NCBI GenBank assembly: GCA_040386075.1
Contig: JAZKGE010000027.1
Span: 171,403-235,402 of the forward strand
DNA from: Bacteroidota bacterium
GTDB lineage: Bacteria > Bacteroidota > Bacteroidia > B-17B0 > Aurantibacillaceae
Reading direction: 5' to 3'
DNA length: 64,000 nt
Positions within the stretch are counted from its first letter, which is position 1. The number at the start of each line of letters is the position of its first letter. A model generated the notes under the pieces. The model had not been told where the DNA came from. It saw only the letters and a list, made by a program, of their open reading frames with translations, and did no database searches. Positions 29,074 to 37,304 of this stretch are shown here, piece after piece. The position numbers were made by a program, and so were the translations under genes.

Positions 29074-29286
29074 TTATAATGAAGATTCTTTATGTTTTGA
29101 GTAAAGCTTTCTGCCACCATATATAGCTCCGGCAGCAATTAGTAACGATATACCGCCGTCGATTGGAACACACGGAGGAGGCCAGCAATCTGGACTACTT
29201 CCAGAAGGAGGAGGAGGTGGTAAAGCTACACAAAGAGTGGTAAAACCAACTATGAAAAATAATATAAACAAAAACTTCGTATTCAT
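29074..29286 (-). CDS. 70-aa secreted peptide ending in an exosortase-type sorting signal (P-I-D-G-G + TM + basic tail)
   Basis: MNTKFLFILFFIVGFTTLCVA | LPPPPPSGSSPDCWPPPCV | PIDGG ISLLIAAGAIYGG RKLYSKHK. Has its own terminator and sits next to xrtF. Confidence 0.65.
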   Translation of the reverse strand: MNTKFLFILFFIVGFTTLCVALPPPPPSGSSPDCWPPPCVPIDGGISLLIAAGAIYGGRKLYSKHKESSL

Positions 29287-29364
29287 TTTTTAGCTATAAT
29301 GGATGTAAATATATAAAAAAATAATTGTAACTACAATTCTTTATTAAAAATCATGCCAAATTAG

Positions 29365-29372
29365 TATATTTG
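29365..29372 (+). promoter_or_regulatory. candidate Bacteroidota -7 promoter box (TAnnTTTG)
   Basis: TATATTTG lies 19 nt upstream of the wzc-like GTG start. I found no convincing -33 TTTG. Confidence 0.3.
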
Positions 29373-29390
29373 CTGATATAAAAATAGTTT

Positions 29391-31748
29391 GTGGAGCGCA
29401 AAAAAAACACAGCATTAATAAGCAATAATGATTTCAAGACAATTTGGAGAATAGTTTCCAAGAATTGGTATATACCCTTAATTTTTATTTCTGTATCTTA
29501 CTTAATCGGATATTTTTATATTTATAAATTAACCAATGTTTACCAGGCCTCTGTTGAATTATTGAAAAGTAACGACACTTATTATAAGGATAATTTAGTG
29601 TCTGATCAGGGCTTTTATGGATCAAATAAAACTTTCGTCGATAACTCTAACGAAATAAGAATTGTTAAATCCTACGATTTAATGAAAGAAACGATTCTTA
29701 AGCTAAAAGACAGAGTAGAAGTTTCTTATTATCTCGTAGGAAGAGTGAGAACAACTGAGCAGTTTGTAGGTATGCCTTTTGTTGTAAAAGTTAACTCGGT
29801 TAATTCGGCTATAAATGAACAGGTCATGCGTTTCCAGATCTTAAATTATGATGAGTACCAGATCACCTATTCCCTTGGTGGAATTGAATTTAAAAAAATA
29901 GGAAAATTTGGACAAAATTTAGTTGATATTGACTTTAACATTTTAGTAGAAAGGGAAAAGAAATTTAACAGGAATATAGCTAATGAGTTATCCAAATTAG
30001 ATTATCAGATAGTTGTACATGATATAGATAGGTTGGTTCACAATTTTCAGAGGTCATTGGTAGTTGAAAACCCTGACTATACAAATGTTTTGGTTTTAAA
30101 ATTTGAAGATATCCTGCCTGAAAGGGCTGTTTTACTGCTGGATACGCTTTCTAAAGCATATTTAAATAAGTCGTTAAATGCACGTTTTGAACTTAACGAA
30201 AGAACCATTAACTACATCGACAAGCAATTGCTTGAAGTAAGTACATCATTAAATGGCATCGAAGATACAATGCAATTGTATAAGCAAAAAAATAATATTT
30301 TGGATCTGGGATGGGAACGGGAAGATTTTTTTAAAAAATTAGCATCTTTTGAAGGCGAAAAAAATAATTTGACTTTAAAAATTAATGCTATTAATGATCT
30401 GGAAAAATATATTATTGAAGATAAAGATCCGGAGTTCTTGCCTCCTAATGTATTCCTAGTGGATAATGACCGTTTTATGATCCAATCAGTAAACGAGTTA
30501 TATTCGATGCAATTAAAATTAAATGAACAATTGGGATTTTCAAAAGAGAGCAATCCTAATATCATTGAAATCAAGGAAGGCATTAAAAAGCTGAAGCAAA
30601 GTATGTTACTATACATAAATAACACGCGCAATGCTAGTTATAAAATCATGGAAAATATACAGAATGAAGTGCAAAAGTATATTGTCCAGATCAAAAATAT
30701 TCCACCACAACAGCGGGATATCTTAAATATCCAACGAAAAGTTGCTGTCAATGAACAGTTATATAACTTCCTGCTACAACGTAAAGCTAACATAAAAATT
30801 GGTAAAGCATCAATAGTTCCTGAAATGAAAATAATCGATAGTCCAAGAAATCTTGGAGTTATCAGGCCGGATAAAAAAAACATTCAAACTGTGTTTTTAA
30901 TAATAGGAGCTGTTTTATCTGCGCTTATAATTGCAATCAGATTTTTCTTTTTTACTACTATCCAAACAGTTGAAGAGCTTAAAGAACAGACATTCTTGCC
31001 AATAATCGGAGACTTACCATTCCAAAAAGGAATATCAAACCTCGGATTTACAGTAGAGGAAAGTCCATCGTCTTATATTGCAGAAGGTTTCAGAACATTG
31101 AGAACCAATCTGCAGTATGTTATATTAAATTCTAATAAGAAAACTATTTTACTAACTTCTAATGCTCCGGGCGAGGGAAAAACGTTTAGTACCATAAATT
31201 TAGCTGCGCTTTTAGCTAAGAGTGGAAAGACAGTAGTAATGTTAGAATTGGATCTACATAAGCCACGTATTCAAAAAGCATTAGAAATGAATGCCGACAT
31301 CGGAATAAGCACTTTTATGGTAGGAGCAAATACTTTGGATGAAATTGTAAAACCTACCCTTGTTAAAAATTTGTATGTAATTTTATCCGGGCCCATTCCT
31401 CCTAATCCTTCAGATTTAGTACTATCAGAAAAACTAAAGGAACTAATTAATTACGCTAAAGAGAAATTTGACTATGTGCTGATTGACACGCCACCAATTG
31501 GTATGTTAGCTGATGCATCTTACCTGATGCAGTATTCAGACATTAACCTGATGGTGTTAAATACTAAGTTTGCTAATAAACACGTGCTTGATAATTTCCA
31601 CAAACTGGTTGAAAATAATGACATCAGTAATATGTATTTGATACTGAACGGCGTTAAAAGAAAAAGAAGTAAATATTATTATTCTCGTTATGGATATGGT
31701 TACGGTTATGGCTACGGCTATGGCTACGGTTATTCCAAAAAGTCATAA
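29391..31748 (+). CDS. wzc: polysaccharide co-polymerase / tyrosine autokinase (Wzc/GumC-type: Wzz domain + CpsD-like ATPase)
   Basis: N-terminal TM plus long coiled periplasmic region plus second TM. Walker A SNAPGEGKTFS, Walker A' VVMLELDLHKP, Walker B YVLIDTPP. C-terminal Tyr cluster YYYSRYGYGYGYGYGYGYGY. Confidence 0.85.
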   Translation: MERKKNTALISNNDFKTIWRIVSKNWYIPLIFISVSYLIGYFYIYKLTNVYQASVELLKSNDTYYKDNLVSDQGFYGSNKTFVDNSNEIRIVKSYDLMKETILKLKDRVEVSYYLVGRVRTTEQFVGMPFVVKVNSVNSAINEQVMRFQILNYDEYQITYSLGGIEFKKIGKFGQNLVDIDFNILVEREKKFNRNIANELSKLDYQIVVHDIDRLVHNFQRSLVVENPDYTNVLVLKFEDILPERAVLLLDTLSKAYLNKSLNARFELNERTINYIDKQLLEVSTSLNGIEDTMQLYKQKNNILDLGWEREDFFKKLASFEGEKNNLTLKINAINDLEKYIIEDKDPEFLPPNVFLVDNDRFMIQSVNELYSMQLKLNEQLGFSKESNPNIIEIKEGIKKLKQSMLLYINNTRNASYKIMENIQNEVQKYIVQIKNIPPQQRDILNIQRKVAVNEQLYNFLLQRKANIKIGKASIVPEMKIIDSPRNLGVIRPDKKNIQTVFLIIGAVLSALIIAIRFFFFTTIQTVEELKEQTFLPIIGDLPFQKGISNLGFTVEESPSSYIAEGFRTLRTNLQYVILNSNKKTILLTSNAPGEGKTFSTINLAALLAKSGKTVVMLELDLHKPRIQKALEMNADIGISTFMVGANTLDEIVKPTLVKNLYVILSGPIPPNPSDLVLSEKLKELINYAKEKFDYVLIDTPPIGMLADASYLMQYSDINLMVLNTKFANKHVLDNFHKLVENNDISNMYLILNGVKRKRSKYYYSRYGYGYGYGYGYGYGYSKKS
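31689..31733 (+). repeat. (Tyr-Gly)7-Tyr coding repeat at the Wzc C-terminus
   Basis: tat gga tat ggt tac ggt tat ggc tac ggc tat ggc tac ggt tat. The peptide repeat is perfect, but synonymous codons alternate at the DNA level. Confidence 0.85.
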
Positions 31749-31753
31749 GTTCT

Positions 31754-32731
31754 ATGAATATCACCTCTGAAAAAATTGAAGATCTTTCCATACTAATAAC
31801 AGGTGGGGCAGGTTTTATAGGCTCTCATCTGGCAGAACATTTTGTGAAAGCTGGAGCAAAAAAAATTGTTGTTTTAGATGATCTAAGTACGGGTTTTGAA
31901 AAAAACATCAGTAAATTATTTAAACACGATAATTTTGAATTTATAAAGGGAAGTATTGTTGATCTGGTAACATGCAAACTTGCTTGTAAGGGAATTGATG
32001 TTGTACTGCATCATGCTGCCCTGGGATCGGTGCCACGTAGTATCGAAAATCCAATGGCAACTAATGAGGTAAATGTATCGGGTTTTGTTAATATGCTACA
32101 TGCATCCCATATTGCCGGAGTTAAAAAATTCATTTATGCGTCTTCTTCTTCTGTTTATGGAGATGATATGACTTTTCCAAAAACAGAATCCAAAACAGGG
32201 AATTTATTATCGCCTTATGCGGTTACCAAGCATACAAACGAAAAATATGCGTCTGTCTTCTCATCCTTGTATGGACTTAAAACCGTCGGATTTCGCTATT
32301 TTAATGTGTTTGGCGAAAGACAAAATCCAGCCGGTGCTTATGCCGCAGTTATACCTAAATTTATTGATAGTTTGTTAAATGATAAATCACCAACCATTTT
32401 CGGAACTGGCAATAACACACGCGATTTTACTTACGTTGGCAATGTTGTATTAGCAAATACACAGGCTGTTTTAAATAATAAAATATCTGGAGGAACTGTC
32501 ATGAATATCGCTTGCGGAGGTACTATTTCTGTGAATGATATTTTTAATCACATATCTGGTTTTTTAGCTGCCAGCTTAAAGCCTACTTATTGCCCTGAAA
32601 GAAAGGGAGAAATTAAAGATAGTTATGCAGATATATCCTATGCTAAAAATGGGCTTAACTATGAACCTCAAATCACAGTTATTGATGGTTTAGAGCGAAC
32701 TGTGGAGTGGTTTAAATCGCAAATGGCTTAA
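31754..32731 (+). CDS. NAD-dependent UDP-HexNAc(A) 4-epimerase, WbpP/TviC-like
   Basis: ITGGAGFIGSHL, PMATNEVNVSGFVNML, SSSSVYGDD, YAVTKHTNEKYA and RYFNVFGERQNPAGAYAAVIPKF closely follow the WbpP/TviC pattern I remember. Confidence 0.8.
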   Translation: MNITSEKIEDLSILITGGAGFIGSHLAEHFVKAGAKKIVVLDDLSTGFEKNISKLFKHDNFEFIKGSIVDLVTCKLACKGIDVVLHHAALGSVPRSIENPMATNEVNVSGFVNMLHASHIAGVKKFIYASSSSVYGDDMTFPKTESKTGNLLSPYAVTKHTNEKYASVFSSLYGLKTVGFRYFNVFGERQNPAGAYAAVIPKFIDSLLNDKSPTIFGTGNNTRDFTYVGNVVLANTQAVLNNKISGGTVMNIACGGTISVNDIFNHISGFLAASLKPTYCPERKGEIKDSYADISYAKNGLNYEPQITVIDGLERTVEWFKSQMA

Positions 32732-32753
32732 AAATTCTTTTTATTTCGTTCAA

Positions 32754-32778
32754 TTTTGAGTAAATTTGTTACTCAAAA
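32754..32778 (+). terminator. perfect 10-bp AT-rich hairpin after the epimerase gene (weak terminator or RNA element in the UpxY leader)
   Basis: TTTTGAGTAA-atttg-TTACTCAAAA. A second small hairpin ATGTGA-gaaaa-TCACAT lies at 32781-32797. No U-tract. Confidence 0.35.
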
Positions 32779-32926
32779 TAATGTGAGAAAATCACATCAA
32801 TTTACAAAGCTTGGTTAATAACTTATCATCTCTGCTTTGGATTAATGATGATTAAAATTCATATTTGGTAGTGTGATAATCAGGTCTCTTAGTCTATTGT
32901 GACTGAGGAGGCGAAGCTGTAAATGG

Positions 32927-33424
32927 ATGGGACAATGGTATGCAATATATGTTAATTCACGTGCCGAAAAAAAAGTAGTAAGCTTGTTAAATGCTAAAAA
33001 TATTGAAGCATATACACCAATTGTAAAGGTCATTAAACAATGGAGCGATCGTAAAAAAAGTGTTGAACTGCCTATTTTGAGCGGTTATGTTTTTGTAAGA
33101 GAAATTCAAACAGATCAGGATAAAATATTACAAACAAAAGGCGTGGTAAATTTTGTTAGATCCGATGGAAAAATGGCCATCGTGCGTGATATAGAAATTG
33201 AAAGACTAAAGCAACTGGTTCAGTTAGGTTACCAATTTGACACCTCACAAACCAACAAAATATACAGCAGGGGCGAAAAAGTGAAAATAACGTCTGGCGT
33301 ACTAAAAAACCTCGAAGGTTATGTCCTCGAAAATGAAGATGGTAAATTTATAGAAATAGTGTTGGAAAGCATTGGCCAGAGCATAAAAGCGAAATTACCA
33401 AAAGAGATATTGTTAAGTTCATAA
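32927..33424 (+). CDS. UpxY-family NusG-like transcription antiterminator
   Basis: WYAIYVNSRAEKKVVSLLNAKNIEAYTPIVKVIKQWSDRKKSVELPILSGYVFV (NGN domain) and KOW-like GEKVKITSGVLKNLEGYV. 165 aa. Confidence 0.8.
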   Translation: MGQWYAIYVNSRAEKKVVSLLNAKNIEAYTPIVKVIKQWSDRKKSVELPILSGYVFVREIQTDQDKILQTKGVVNFVRSDGKMAIVRDIEIERLKQLVQLGYQFDTSQTNKIYSRGEKVKITSGVLKNLEGYVLENEDGKFIEIVLESIGQSIKAKLPKEILLSS

Positions 33425-33432
33425 ATGAAATT

Positions 33433-35316
33433 ATGTTAACAGCATTAGGGAAATTATACAATAAAAAAATTGACGCAAGAGGGTTAGCTCTTTTCAGAAT
33501 AATTTATTCACTGGTATTGCTTGGTGAAGTTATTCAATTATTTTATTTCAGACATTTAATATATGACGTTGTTCCCAATGTTGAACTTTATGAAATAGAT
33601 GTAACTCCAGCGTTTATAGTTTGGATTATTTCGCTTATTTGCTTGGTATTTGGAGTCTTTACCAGAACAAGTGCAATCATTAACTATATCTGCTCTCTGT
33701 TTTTTATTGCTACAATCAAGTCCTATGAGTATCACATGTTTTATACTTATATGAGCATTAATTTTTTATTAATGTTTCTGCCGGTCTCAAGACAATGGTC
33801 ATTGGACAGATTATTTCAAAAGATCAAATATTCTAATACGAGGTTCGAATATATACCCCAAAAAGAGGTGTCCTCAATGGCCTATTTTATTCCGGTATTT
33901 ATTGGAATTGCTTTAGTGTATTTTGACTCGGTGCTATATAAATTAACGGACGATATGTGGTTAAAAGGCCTGGGAATATGGTTGCCAGCATCAATGCCTA
34001 TGACCACACAGGCTGCAGGCCATGCTGTTCTTAACCAGGAATGGCTGATGAAATTTTTAAGCCACTTTACAATTTTTTTCGAGTTTATATTTGTCTTTAT
34101 AATGTGGACTAAGCGTTTGCGTTGGTTTTGTGTTATTGTTGGTATAGGGTTGCACATTGGCATTTTGATAGAATTCCCTATTCCATTCTTTGCATTAGGT
34201 GTATGCGCAATTTACATACTTATGATGCCGGTAAGTATATATAGAAAGTTAAATAAATTTAAGATCAAAAACCCTAAATTGTTTTTTTATTACGACGCCG
34301 AGTGTCCTTTATGTGTAAGGACAAAAATAGTTATTCAACATTTCGATATCCTGAAGGCCGTTTCATTCTTATCAATACAGGGTCACGCAAAAAACCAGCC
34401 GGCATTAGATAGGATTGAAGAAGAAAAATTATACCAGGATATTTATAGTGTATCAAAAACAGGAAAAGTTTATAATGGAGTAAACACTTATATACAAGTA
34501 TTTAATGTTATTTTTTATTTTAAGCCTATATCATGGCTCTTAAGGATACCCGGAATTTATCATCTTGCTAAATTTGTTTATGCAAAAATTGCAAATGAAA
34601 GAGAAACCGAACGCTGTACTGAAGATACATGTGGTTACACTCCTCCTGTTGTACCTCAAAATAACAATGAAATAAAGCTATTAAAAACTTTTTCAGTTAA
34701 CGACTTGTACAGAAAAATAGTTGTAGGTTTCTTTTTAATACTCATTGCTCTTCAGTGTTTAGTATCGTTAAACTCACCACTAATAGTAAATGCCCGAAAA
34801 GCAGTAAAACTTAAAAATTCAGTTGTTGGAAAACATATTTCAAGTGTGAGTAATAACGTAAATAAAAATGCTAAAATATGGTTAGGTATAACTCACCATA
34901 GCCTATTTATGAAAACTCATTTTGATGAGTATGAACACATAATTAGTGTTAGTTATTGTAATAAAAAGTCAGGATTACAGAGATTGCCTATAATGGATGA
35001 ACATGGTATGCCTGGCAGTTATTTGTATGGATTTAATTGGGCTAAATGGACATTTAGAACCAATAGCCCCAAAATAGATAGTGTAAAATTAAGTTCGGGG
35101 ATACGATCTTTCACAGCATTTTGGGCACAAAAAAATAATGTCAGCTTATTAAACGATTCATTTATAGTTTTCGTTAAAAAAGTTCAGATACCTACCGGCT
35201 GGCAACGTGATTTTTTAAGAACCCAACTTTCTAAGTCAACGTGGATAGACGCCGGCAAAATTTATTGGAAGAATAAGTCCTATTATTCTAATATAAAAAA
35301 TATTGAAACGTTATAG
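33433..35316 (+). CDS. fusion protein: HTTM (vitamin-K-dependent gamma-carboxylase-like) membrane domain + DCC/DUF393-type CxxC thiol-disulfide oxidoreductase + unknown C-terminal domain
   Basis: IDARGLALFRIIYSLVLLGEVIQLFYF plus about 8 further hydrophobic spans (HTTM-like). FFYYDAECPLCVRTKIVIQHFD (DCC motif). One more TM (VVGFFLILIALQCLVSL), then about 200 aa of unknown family. Confidence 0.6.
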   Translation: MLTALGKLYNKKIDARGLALFRIIYSLVLLGEVIQLFYFRHLIYDVVPNVELYEIDVTPAFIVWIISLICLVFGVFTRTSAIINYICSLFFIATIKSYEYHMFYTYMSINFLLMFLPVSRQWSLDRLFQKIKYSNTRFEYIPQKEVSSMAYFIPVFIGIALVYFDSVLYKLTDDMWLKGLGIWLPASMPMTTQAAGHAVLNQEWLMKFLSHFTIFFEFIFVFIMWTKRLRWFCVIVGIGLHIGILIEFPIPFFALGVCAIYILMMPVSIYRKLNKFKIKNPKLFFYYDAECPLCVRTKIVIQHFDILKAVSFLSIQGHAKNQPALDRIEEEKLYQDIYSVSKTGKVYNGVNTYIQVFNVIFYFKPISWLLRIPGIYHLAKFVYAKIANERETERCTEDTCGYTPPVVPQNNNEIKLLKTFSVNDLYRKIVVGFFLILIALQCLVSLNSPLIVNARKAVKLKNSVVGKHISSVSNNVNKNAKIWLGITHHSLFMKTHFDEYEHIISVSYCNKKSGLQRLPIMDEHGMPGSYLYGFNWAKWTFRTNSPKIDSVKLSSGIRSFTAFWAQKNNVSLLNDSFIVFVKKVQIPTGWQRDFLRTQLSKSTWIDAGKIYWKNKSYYSNIKNIETL

Positions 35317-35348
35317 TACTCAGGTTTGCAAAATTTAGTGAATATTAT

Positions 35349-35513
35349 ATGCATTTATATGTTCCCATCCTCAAATTCAGGCTTTCAGCTGTGTTTTTAT
35401 TTTTTGTGATAGCTTCAACCATTTTGCTCAGTCACTTATCATATAAATACTTTGAATCATATTTTCTAAAGTTCAAATTAAAATACACGTTGGTAAATTC
35501 AGGTCAAAACTAA
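35349..35513 (+). CDS. possible 54-aa single-TM small protein (below ORF-track cutoff)
   Basis: ATG 35349. Hand translation MHLYVPILKFRLSAVFLFFVIASTILLSHLSYKYFESYFLKFKLKYTLVNSGQN. Its TAA (35511-35513) abuts the GTG start of the next gene. Confidence 0.25.
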   Translation: MHLYVPILKFRLSAVFLFFVIASTILLSHLSYKYFESYFLKFKLKYTLVNSGQN

Positions 35514-36350
35514 GTGAAAATATTAATTACGGGCATATCAGGTTTTCTGGGAAATTATTTGTTTAATAACTGGACGAGTAATGACTTTCTATGGGGGATC
35601 ACTCAATCTAACACGCCCATCAACAATAATCTTAATTTTCCGTTATACAATATCTCAGAGCTAGATAAAATTGAACAACCTGACGTTGTAATTATGTGCC
35701 ACGCAGTTATTTCAAATAGTAAAACAAAGGCTTCAAATGAAAATTTATTTGAGGGAAATGTTTTATATACCGAAAAGATCAGGAGAAAATTTCCACAGGC
35801 ATATTTCATTTATACCTCTACAGTTTCTGTTTATTCTCAGGAGGAAGAACGTATAACTGAAGAATCAAGTATAAAACCCTCCAATGGTTATTCAATTTCA
35901 AAGTACTGGGGAGAATTAACTTTTAAAGACAGTAATGCAGGCATTATTCGATTCTCGTCGCTGTATGGAAATGGTATGACTGAAGGAACCATAATTCCAA
36001 ATTATGTAAATATGGCTTTGGATAAAAATGTAATTGAAGTATGGGGAAATGGAAGCCGGATGCAGAACTATCTTCATATTAAAGATGCTAAAAATTATAT
36101 TGAGGCTTTAGCAGTTAAAAAGCTAAACGGTATTTTTTTGGGCATTAATAGTGTCGAAAATAGTAATATCGAATTAGCAAAAATCGTTTCTGAAAAAACA
36201 GGCGCTGAAATTAGATTTATTAACGAAGATAACTCAGTGTCGGTTAAGTATAACAATGAATATACCTTATCCAAATTAAACATGTCACCTGGAGTAAAAT
36301 TTAGTAAGGGAACAGAAGACTATATTGTATGGAAGCAAAAACAGTTTTAG
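35514..36350 (+). CDS. NAD(P)-dependent SDR-family sugar epimerase/reductase (short, RmlD-like size)
   Basis: GTG start gives MKILITGISGFLGNYL (Rossmann motif at the N-terminus). YSISKYW is a YxxxK catalytic motif. Confidence 0.7.
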   Translation: MKILITGISGFLGNYLFNNWTSNDFLWGITQSNTPINNNLNFPLYNISELDKIEQPDVVIMCHAVISNSKTKASNENLFEGNVLYTEKIRRKFPQAYFIYTSTVSVYSQEEERITEESSIKPSNGYSISKYWGELTFKDSNAGIIRFSSLYGNGMTEGTIIPNYVNMALDKNVIEVWGNGSRMQNYLHIKDAKNYIEALAVKKLNGIFLGINSVENSNIELAKIVSEKTGAEIRFINEDNSVSVKYNNEYTLSKLNMSPGVKFSKGTEDYIVWKQKQF

Positions 36351-37303
36351 TTACAGGAATTGGCGGTAACGTTGGTCAGGGGATTTTAAGAAATATCTCT
36401 TCTTTAAATTATCCAATCAGGTTAGTTGGAACAAACACAATTGAGTTCACTGCTGGAAATCACTTGGTAGATGCCTTTTATAAGACACCTTTTGCCTACG
36501 ATACAGATTTTTTAAAAATAGTCATTGATATTATCAGTAAAGAAAAAGTTGACCTGGTAATTCCCTCTACAGATTACGAATCATATTACCTGGCATTAAA
36601 CTCAGACAAACTGCCATGTAAATTAGCAACGTCAAGTAGTAATGCTACAGGGATTTACTTAGATAAATTTTTAACATGGCAATTTCATCACAAACACAAT
36701 ATTAGTTTTGCAGAAAGCATATTGCCTAGTGCATATCAACAAAGTTTTAGTAAGGCAATTGCTAAGCCAAGAAAAGGACGAGGTTCAAGAGGCTTGATCA
36801 AAAATGTTAAAGATGTTTCCGGATTATCAGACGAAGAATACATGGTGCAGGAACAAATCGACGGCAATGAAATTACAACAGCAGTTTATAACAGTTATTT
36901 AACCGGCGAAGTGATAGGCCTTATTACTATGGAACGCACATTGGATAATGGTGCCACTAACTATTGTCGGGTTATTACTACCTATGATGATGAATTGCTT
37001 AAAATGGCAAAATTAATGACTGAAAAATTAAATTTGAAGGGAGCATATAATATTCAGTCAATTGTAAATAACAACAATGAGATTGTTCCATTTGAAATAA
37101 ATTGTCGCATATCAGGAACAAATTCTATCAGATCAAATTTTGGATTCAAAGATGTCAAGTATACAATTGATGAATTACTGTATAATATAAAGCCTGAAAA
37201 TCCTGTGATCATAAAAGGAGAAGCTCACCGCATATTGTTAGATGTGATTTATTCTGAAGGAACAAATAATGGTAACAATAAAGATAATTTTTTAATTTTT
37301 TAA
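36329..37303 (+). CDS. ATP-grasp domain protein
   Basis: VLVTGIGGNVGQGILRNI pre-ATP-grasp domain. KPRKGRGSRGL P-loop-like segment, EYMVQEQIDGNEIT, and PFEINCRISG near the C-terminus follow ATP-grasp ligase topology. Confidence 0.7.
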   Translation: MEAKTVLVTGIGGNVGQGILRNISSLNYPIRLVGTNTIEFTAGNHLVDAFYKTPFAYDTDFLKIVIDIISKEKVDLVIPSTDYESYYLALNSDKLPCKLATSSSNATGIYLDKFLTWQFHHKHNISFAESILPSAYQQSFSKAIAKPRKGRGSRGLIKNVKDVSGLSDEEYMVQEQIDGNEITTAVYNSYLTGEVIGLITMERTLDNGATNYCRVITTYDDELLKMAKLMTEKLNLKGAYNIQSIVNNNNEIVPFEINCRISGTNSIRSNFGFKDVKYTIDELLYNIKPENPVIIKGEAHRILLDVIYSEGTNNGNNKDNFLIF

Positions 37304-37304
37304 T

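Noticed and set aside
28491-29138. Long form of the xrtF ORF (215 aa, start 29138), and long forms of ispD (8858), the HTH regulator (9828) and the ORFs starting at 7327, 40594, 54712 and 55854.
   Set aside because: The N-terminal extensions would run through a strong terminator (xrtF) or a perfect hairpin (7327), or would overlap the preceding gene extensively. Internal ATGs give compact junctions and sensible N-termini.
30212-30883. Two antisense ORFs (139 and 81 aa) inside the wzc-like gene. Similar short antisense or alternate-frame ORFs occur throughout the glycan locus (e.g. 33882-34163, 38252-38575, 39590-39932, 42320-42688, 43050-43361, 43730-44062, 44245-44923, 47177-47398, 52738-53073, 54381-54581, 62062-62301).
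   Set aside because: Each is embedded in a sense-strand gene with strong motif support. The sense genes tile the region with start/stop overlaps, which leaves no room for independent expression signals.
31689-31733. The (YG)7Y-coding repeat as a slipped-strand phase-variation or microsatellite element.
   Set aside because: C-terminal Tyr clusters are the known autophosphorylation sites of Wzc-type kinases. At the DNA level the 6-nt unit alternates synonymous codons (tat/tac, gga/ggt/ggc), which disfavours slippage.
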